A stretch of 64,000 nucleotides of DNA, from assembly GCA_963810935.1 (NCBI GenBank), contig CAWEPK010000017.1, positions 32,001 to 96,000 of the forward strand, read 5' to 3'. Below are positions 56,704 to 64,000 of this stretch, one piece after another. The position numbers and the translations under genes are program-made. Origin of the DNA: an uncultured delta proteobacterium. Its GTDB lineage: Bacteria; Desulfobacterota; Syntrophorhabdia; Syntrophorhabdales; WCHB1-27. Below the pieces are notes generated by a model. The model was given only the letters and a program-made list of their open reading frames with translations. It had not been told where the DNA came from and did not search any database. Positions within the stretch are counted from its first letter, which is position 1, and each line of letters begins with the position of its first letter.

Positions 56704-57384
56704 TTAAGGCTCCTGCGACGAGGGATGCCGCGCGCTTATGCGTCTTGTCTGGCCCAGGCCCGCCTCGGTATGTAACCCTGTGCCGCAGTAGAAAGCGAAA
56801 TCGATAAGGGCGTTCAAGAGGCCGATCTCCCTCTCTGTGCGCCCTTTTTCGATCTCCAACGTCACCCAGCCCTGCGCTCCCGCACCGTATGGGGTGGCCG
56901 CACAGGAGACCCTGAAGTCGGAAACGCGCACCAGGGCCGCCGCGTCTGAGGCAGGCGCCGGGAGATCGACTTCCGAAAACTTGCTCCATACCTGCCCGTA
57001 GCGCTCGAAAACCGCCGGGATGACGGGAAAGGGCAGGCGGGCGCCCATAACCTGGACGATCACCGGGGTTGCGTACTGGACGGTGATTACCCTGCGCGAC
57101 CTGTCGGCGTCGGTGAGGATCTCGCTATAGGAAGCCCGCTTTACCTCCCGGTCGGCTGAAGACGCAAGGACCAGGCTCTTTTTTCCCGCCATATCCGCAA
57201 GTAGGGGCATCAGCACGCCCGGCGCAAGCTCGGTCGCCCGGAAGCGGACGCTGCCTGCGGCCTGCCTCTGGGCGAAGGAAAGGGTGTACGGTTTTATCTC
57301 CCGGTCTTCGAACCTTTCCCTGAGAAGGGCGGCGAGGCCGGTGAAGTGTTCGTCACTCGTGTATGCTATGGCGGAAAGGGGCAT
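56704..57384 (-). CDS. cas6: Orphan Cas6-family RAMP endoribonuclease-like protein
   Basis: KPYTLS, YATP, LPFP..VF....W.KFS, GAQGWV, and C-terminal G-rich loop FAFYCGTGLHTEAGLGQ (GhGxxxxxGhG). Confidence 0.8.
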   Translation of the reverse strand: MPLSAIAYTSDEHFTGLAALLRERFEDREIKPYTLSFAQRQAAGSVRFRATELAPGVLMPLLADMAGKKSLVLASSADREVKRASYSEILTDADRSRRVITVQYATPVIVQVMGARLPFPVIPAVFERYGQVWSKFSEVDLPAPASDAAALVRVSDFRVSCAATPYGAGAQGWVTLEIEKGRTEREIGLLNALIDFAFYCGTGLHTEAGLGQTRRISARHPSSQEP

Positions 57385-58105
57385 TCTGGATGATACCGGC
57401 GACTTTTTCCCTGATTGCGCGCATTTTTTCAGGCGGGTAAGGACTAACGCTCTCGTATTTCTCGTTGAGCGTCTCCCTGGGGACAAAATCCTGCAGGAAG
57501 AACCTGCGGGCGGGCCCGATCTCAACGGCAGCCTGCAAGGCGTCCTGCTCCCTGTGAAGGAAGGGCACCAGCGTCATGCGGAACTCGTAGTCTACACGCC
57601 CCTCGACGATGAAATCGATGCTCTGTCTGATCTTCGCCTTGTCTACACTGCACCCGCACCACCTGTCGTATGATGCGATGGGCCCCTTGATATCCATGGC
57701 GATATAATCGACCAGGCCCGCGCCGACGAGCGATTTTACCACGTCCGGCCGCGACCCGTTCGTGTCGAGCTTTACCTGCACCCCGCGCCCTTTAAGCATT
57801 TCGAGCACATTCGGCAGGCCCTTGTGCATTGTCGGCTCTCCGCCGGTGACGACGACCCGGTCGATCCATTTGTGGAATTTTTGCAGCCTGCCGACGATAT
57901 GCTCGAAGGGCACGTCCTGCAGCGATTCGGGGCGCAGCACCAGTTCCCTGTTATGGCAGAAAGGGCACCTGAAATTGCACCCGCCCGAAAATAGAACAGA
58001 GGCAAGGTGCGACTTCCAGTCGATAAAGCTCGTCTCGATGAAGCCCTTTACCGGGAAATCAGGCAGAGTGCACGGCAATGAGTACTTCTTCAACCTTGGG
58101 GACAT
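57353..58105 (-). CDS. nrdG: Anaerobic RNR activating radical SAM enzyme (start approximate)
   Basis: SFIDW, GCNFRCPFCHN (CxxxCxxC), VTGGEPT, KLDTNGS, YIAMDIK. Confidence 0.92.
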   Translation of the reverse strand: MSPRLKKYSLPCTLPDFPVKGFIETSFIDWKSHLASVLFSGGCNFRCPFCHNRELVLRPESLQDVPFEHIVGRLQKFHKWIDRVVVTGGEPTMHKGLPNVLEMLKGRGVQVKLDTNGSRPDVVKSLVGAGLVDYIAMDIKGPIASYDRWCGCSVDKAKIRQSIDFIVEGRVDYEFRMTLVPFLHREQDALQAAVEIGPARRFFLQDFVPRETLNEKYESVSPYPPEKMRAIREKVAGIIQNAPFRHSIHE

Positions 58106-58322
58106 CGCCCCTCCATTCTCCCAAGCCGTTTTCCAGCGCATCCTCCACCACTACGGTGGGCAGGGACATAACGCTGTAAAAGCTTGCCTCCGCAAGACCG
58201 TCCGCAGTCCCCACGTTGTAGGTAAGCACGTTGACTTTTTCTTCCAGCAACCGGCTGCCCAACTCTTTAGCCATAGGGCACTTAGGACAGTCGTCCTTAT
58301 AAAAAATCTTTACCACTCCCAT
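58059..58322 (-). CDS. Glutaredoxin/thioredoxin-like NrdH protein
   Basis: CPKC active site, DGLAEA, SLPT cis-Pro; between nrdD and nrdG. Confidence 0.85.
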   Translation of the reverse strand: MGVVKIFYKDDCPKCPMAKELGSRLLEEKVNVLTYNVGTADGLAEASFYSVMSLPTVVVEDALENGLGEWRGDVPKVEEVLIAVHSA

Positions 58323-58648
58323 GTTTCCCTCACTCGGGGTTTTTCCACCTGAGGCCAGTTGATGTGCCATATGTAAATTGTACTATTACGAACCTTGCCG
58401 TTGCTGACCACCCGCCGTTGCAGCAATTGGCCCCCGGCCCAATTGCTGCCGTGGTCGGAAGAGCGCCTGGAGAAATCGTGATAGGCGGATGCAATGTGAA
58501 GTGCGTCGGCCGGAGGCGTACGCATGTACGTCGGAGGGCACGCGCTGAACAGGGCGCCGCATAGCGCGATTCCTTCAGGCGCGAGTCCAAACCTTGCCAC
58601 AACATCCGCCTTTGTCTCTAACACTCCCACCGGGCGCATTTATGGTTA

Positions 58649-60736
58649 CTATACCGCTTCTTTCTTCTCTTCATTCACCGAGAAGAACTCCCTATTGCGG
58701 TAGCGGTCGCGCAGCTCGCCCAGCTTGCCCTTGTTCCAGCTCGAGACTTTCGTAAAATAACCGGTGATCCTGGTGATGCCGTCGATATCACTCGAGTGGC
58801 AGTGGGGGCACGCATCCGCCAGCCCGCGTGACGTCCGGCTGCAGGAGTTGCAGATGGTGAACTCCGGCGAAAACGCGATCTGGTCGTTCAGGGTGTACCT
58901 GAAGGTCTTCGTGACGAAGTCCGCTATGGCGCCCTTCGACGGCATAGACTCGCCCATCCACACGTGAGAAATCGAGCCCGCCTCGATCAAAGGATGAAAG
59001 AGGCCCTCGCTCGTCACCCTTTCGATAGGGTTCATCGGTACAGAGACGTTCAGGTGCGTCGAGTTCGTATAGTAGACCTCGCCGCTCGACACGTCGCCCT
59101 TTACAACCTTGCCCGAAACCGGCGAGAAGTAATGGAGGTCGAGCTTCGCAAACCGGTAGCTGGTGCTTTCCGCAGGGGTCTGCTCCAGGACCAGCCTCAT
59201 CTTGTCCCGCTCTCTGACCCTGTCTGCCTGGAGCTTCAGGTGGGCCATGATCTTCAGGCCCATCTTAAGCGCATTCTTCGACTGGTGCATCTCCTCGCCC
59301 GTGTGTACCTGGACCATCTCGTTGAGGCCCACCATGCCGACAAGGTGCGATGCCCGGTTCATCCTCAGATACGGCATGCCGTCGCGGTTCATCGTCAGAA
59401 GCGACAGCGGGCCGTCCTCTCCGGCGGAAAGGAGCTTCTCTATGAAATTCCGCTTCTCTTTGTGCGCCTTCACGGCCAGCATGAACTGGTCCGTGATGAG
59501 CCCTAGGAGCGTAGTGTCGTCCCCCTTCGCCTTGTAGGCAAGGCGCGGCAGGTTGAGGGAAACGTTCTGGAGTGCGCAATAGCGCATGCGCCACGGCTCT
59601 TTTGCGTCCAAAAGGTCGAACTCGTCCAGCTTGAAGCTCAGGCGGCAGCACTCCGATATTTTGGCCGTCTCTCCCCTGTCGAAGACGAAGTACGTATTCC
59701 CCTTGTCCGACGCGACGTCCGATATGTGGTCCAGGAAGTCCTTGTGCCCTTCCGTCTTGAAGAATTTCTCGGTGATATGGACAAGCGGCTTCGGGAAGAA
59801 AAACGGGCGCCCGGCGCCGTCGCCTTCCTTGAAGACCTCGAAGAGCTTCCAGACGAACCGCTGCGCCTCTTTCTCGTATTGACCGTACGTCTTACCGGTA
59901 AAGGCCCCCGAAGGCCCGATAGCGGGGACGTCCACGAAATGCTTCGGAATCTCCCAATACAGGTTGACGTCGGTGAAGATCGCCTGCCCTCCCCTCGCCA
60001 CCGCCTGCTGTGAAAACTCGAAGATCAGCATCTGGGCAAGCTGCTTCACGTCGTTGTCGCTCATCCCTTCGAGGTACGGCGCAAAGAAGATGTTGATGGC
60101 GTCCCAGCCGATGGCCCCGGCGAAATTGCTCTGGAGGGCGGCCGCAAACTTGACCAGGTGGGCCAGCAGCACCTCGGGGTGCTTGGCCGGCTTCGCCATG
60201 GAGAGCGAATGCGGGAGGTTGAGGCCGAACTTCTTTATATATTCGAGGGACTGGCCGCTGCAATACGGCCTGTCGATAAACCCTAAGTCATGGAGGTGGA
60301 TATCGCCGTTCATATGCGCGTCGGCCACGTCCTGGGAAAAGACGGACAACAGGGCGAACTCCTTCTTTATCCTCTCCGCAAGGGTAAGGTTCGTCGCCTC
60401 CGGCCCGTGCGGCACGTTCGCGTTCTCTTTATTCTGGTGAAGGATCAGGTTGCTTACGTCATAGATAGGCATGCCGAGCCTGGTATGCATCCTCCGGGGC
60501 GATTCCAGCCCCTTCTCGATCAGCCGGGCATTGACCATCTCCCTGATGAGCGGCGCAGTCACGACCTTTATACCCGACTTCATGATCAGCTCTTCAACCC
60601 CTTTGCTGATCGATATTGCCGTATCCTGGTCGATCATCGTCTCCCGCATGAGAGCGTCCACTATCCGCGAGCGGTCCCAGTCCGAGATGGTTTCTTCCGA
60701 CGTGCGGACAAAAAGATTCAGATCGGTTGTCTCCAT
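58649..60736 (-). CDS. nrdD: Class III anaerobic ribonucleoside-triphosphate reductase with ATP cone
   Basis: WDRSRI..LIREMV ATP cone; IHLHDL, PYC, SECCRL, TPAES, YYTNS, CxxC..CxxC, TRITGYF glycyl-radical loop. Confidence 0.97.
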   Translation of the reverse strand: METTDLNLFVRTSEETISDWDRSRIVDALMRETMIDQDTAISISKGVEELIMKSGIKVVTAPLIREMVNARLIEKGLESPRRMHTRLGMPIYDVSNLILHQNKENANVPHGPEATNLTLAERIKKEFALLSVFSQDVADAHMNGDIHLHDLGFIDRPYCSGQSLEYIKKFGLNLPHSLSMAKPAKHPEVLLAHLVKFAAALQSNFAGAIGWDAINIFFAPYLEGMSDNDVKQLAQMLIFEFSQQAVARGGQAIFTDVNLYWEIPKHFVDVPAIGPSGAFTGKTYGQYEKEAQRFVWKLFEVFKEGDGAGRPFFFPKPLVHITEKFFKTEGHKDFLDHISDVASDKGNTYFVFDRGETAKISECCRLSFKLDEFDLLDAKEPWRMRYCALQNVSLNLPRLAYKAKGDDTTLLGLITDQFMLAVKAHKEKRNFIEKLLSAGEDGPLSLLTMNRDGMPYLRMNRASHLVGMVGLNEMVQVHTGEEMHQSKNALKMGLKIMAHLKLQADRVRERDKMRLVLEQTPAESTSYRFAKLDLHYFSPVSGKVVKGDVSSGEVYYTNSTHLNVSVPMNPIERVTSEGLFHPLIEAGSISHVWMGESMPSKGAIADFVTKTFRYTLNDQIAFSPEFTICNSCSRTSRGLADACPHCHSSDIDGITRITGYFTKVSSWNKGKLGELRDRYRNREFFSVNEEKKEAV

Positions 60737-60787
60737 GATCCTCCTTATAATTTTCAGCTTACTATGAATAACGGCAAATAACTGGAA

Positions 60788-60834
60788 TGACTATATATTG
60801 TGATGAGGGATGTATTTAGTACTATATGTTGTGC
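60788..60834. promoter_or_regulatory. Tandem NrdR boxes
   Basis: tgaCtAtATaTtGtga (60788) and gtaCtAtATgTtGtgc (60819), 31 bp apart, matching acaCwAtATaTwGtgt upstream of nrdD. Confidence 0.85.
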
Positions 60835-60982
60835 CATCACCGCTATGATATCATTCTTCGGTGAGTCTTTGTCAAGAATTTTCTAAAGTTTTTTTAAATC
60901 TTTTTAAAAACTGCGCAACGGAAAGCAAAAGATGGAGGTTTTGGATGGAATTTTCATCAAGGTCACCGGCTCGACCTCTTCC

Positions 60983-61009
60983 GTCATACCGGCGGAAGCC
61001 GGTATCCAG
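60983..61009. repeat. REP-like palindrome
   Basis: GTCATACCGGCGGAAGCCGGTATCCAG, of the GTCAT..palindrome..ATCCAG REP type. Confidence 0.65.
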
Positions 61010-61027
61010 CGGAGAAGGTCCCGGCCC

Positions 61028-61996
61028 CTATCCTTCGCCCTTCATTATGGCCGCCGCCTCTTCCGGCACTACGGGGACCGTATAAAACTCGTCTTCCCGC
61101 TTGTACTGTGAGTATGTCCTCGGGAGTATCTCGACATGCCAGTGGAAATAGTCGTCCACCTGCGGGCCCCGCTCGCCGAACCGGCCGGCGGCCGTGTTCG
61201 GGGACGTATGGATCACCACGGAATAGGCATCCCTGACCTTTTCGACGCGCCTCATGACGTTGAGGTAGACCTCGGCGAACTCCCGCCTCAGGTCTTCCCT
61301 TTCCCACGATTCGAAGGCGGGGCTGTGCTGTCTGGGGATGATCCACACTTCGAAGGCCATGCGCGAAGCGAAGGGGCAGATGGCTAAAAAATGGCTGCTC
61401 GCTACCACCACGCGCCTGTCCTGTCTCTCCTCCTGACTGACCACGTCGCACAGGAGGCACCTTTCCTTCTGCAGGTAATGGTTCCTTGAATTCTCCAGCT
61501 CCATGAACAACTGATGGGGGACGATCGGCGTCGCAAGCACGTGCGAATGGGGGTGCACGATGTAAGAGCCCGTTATCTCCCCGTGGTTCTTGTAAACATG
61601 GACGTACTTGAAACGTTTGTCTTTTTTCAGGTCGAGGATGCGCTCGGTGTACATCTCGACGACGCGGAACAGCTCGCCTGCATCGAACGTCGCAAAGGTC
61701 TTTACGTGGGGCCTGCCCTCGACGATGATCTCGTGGGCGCCGAGGGTCCCCATCTTGTCATAGAACCCTTCGGCCCTTTTATTTTCGCTCGCTTCTATTT
61801 GAAAGACGGGGTTTGCGGCGGGAAAAGCGCGAACGAGCCAGGCGCCCTGCCCGTCCCTTATCTCCCTGATGGACGGAGGGGTCAGGTGCTCGTTGCCGGG
61901 GCAGAACGGGCAAACGTCGATCTCCTGCGCTTTGACTTTCCTAACGCCGACTACGACCCAGTTGCCCGTCAGAGCGTCCCTTCTAAACTCGCCCAC
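61028..61996 (-). CDS. GalT-like HIT-family nucleotidyltransferase
   Basis: EFRRDALTGNWV, CPFCPGNE, GAHEIIVE, KNHG, HPHSH, FHWHVEILPR. Confidence 0.88.
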   Translation of the reverse strand: MGEFRRDALTGNWVVVGVRKVKAQEIDVCPFCPGNEHLTPPSIREIRDGQGAWLVRAFPAANPVFQIEASENKRAEGFYDKMGTLGAHEIIVEGRPHVKTFATFDAGELFRVVEMYTERILDLKKDKRFKYVHVYKNHGEITGSYIVHPHSHVLATPIVPHQLFMELENSRNHYLQKERCLLCDVVSQEERQDRRVVVASSHFLAICPFASRMAFEVWIIPRQHSPAFESWEREDLRREFAEVYLNVMRRVEKVRDAYSVVIHTSPNTAAGRFGERGPQVDDYFHWHVEILPRTYSQYKREDEFYTVPVVPEEAAAIMKGEG

Positions 61997-62044
61997 AGAT
62001 AAGGATAACCCTTTCCCTTACGGGTTGTCAAAAGAACGGATACG

Positions 62045-64000
<1,956 letters not shown>

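Overview
GC-rich chromosomal window from an anaerobic bacterium. The gene set suggests a syntrophic Desulfobacterota/deltaproteobacterium, but that is inference only. Left to right it holds: a thiolase-crotonase-etfBA operon; small envelope genes including pal; an L-Ara4N (arn) operon with split ArnA; a decayed lower-GC island (MFS, CocE/NonD hydrolase, sigma54 activator, IS630 remnant); glgC; a TpsA/filamentous-haemagglutinin-like exoprotein; groESL with a CIRCE; a low-GC HTH-HATPase-STAS(DUF4325)-like gene; mltD and pssA; a ~14 kb corrinoid methyl-transfer cluster (3 corrinoid proteins, 3 UroD-fold proteins, a pterin-binding methyltransferase, TRAP and MFS transporters, two regulator sets); glgP; an NrdR-box-controlled class III RNR operon; a galT-like gene; and partial katG. 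About 15 genes carry indels. Most are single-base, and several sit in or beside short homopolymers, which suggests long-read errors rather than biology. The strongest candidate for something new is an orphan Cas6-like gene overlapping nrdG at the end of the nrdD-nrdH-nrdG operon, followed by a hairpin-rich 101-bp tandem repeat, with no CRISPR array or other cas gene in the window. Also notable: an RGPP-ending candidate ribosome-arrest leader, a 21-bp-periodic operator-like array, and the duplicated methyltransferase cassettes. All calls come from reading motifs by eye; no searches were run.
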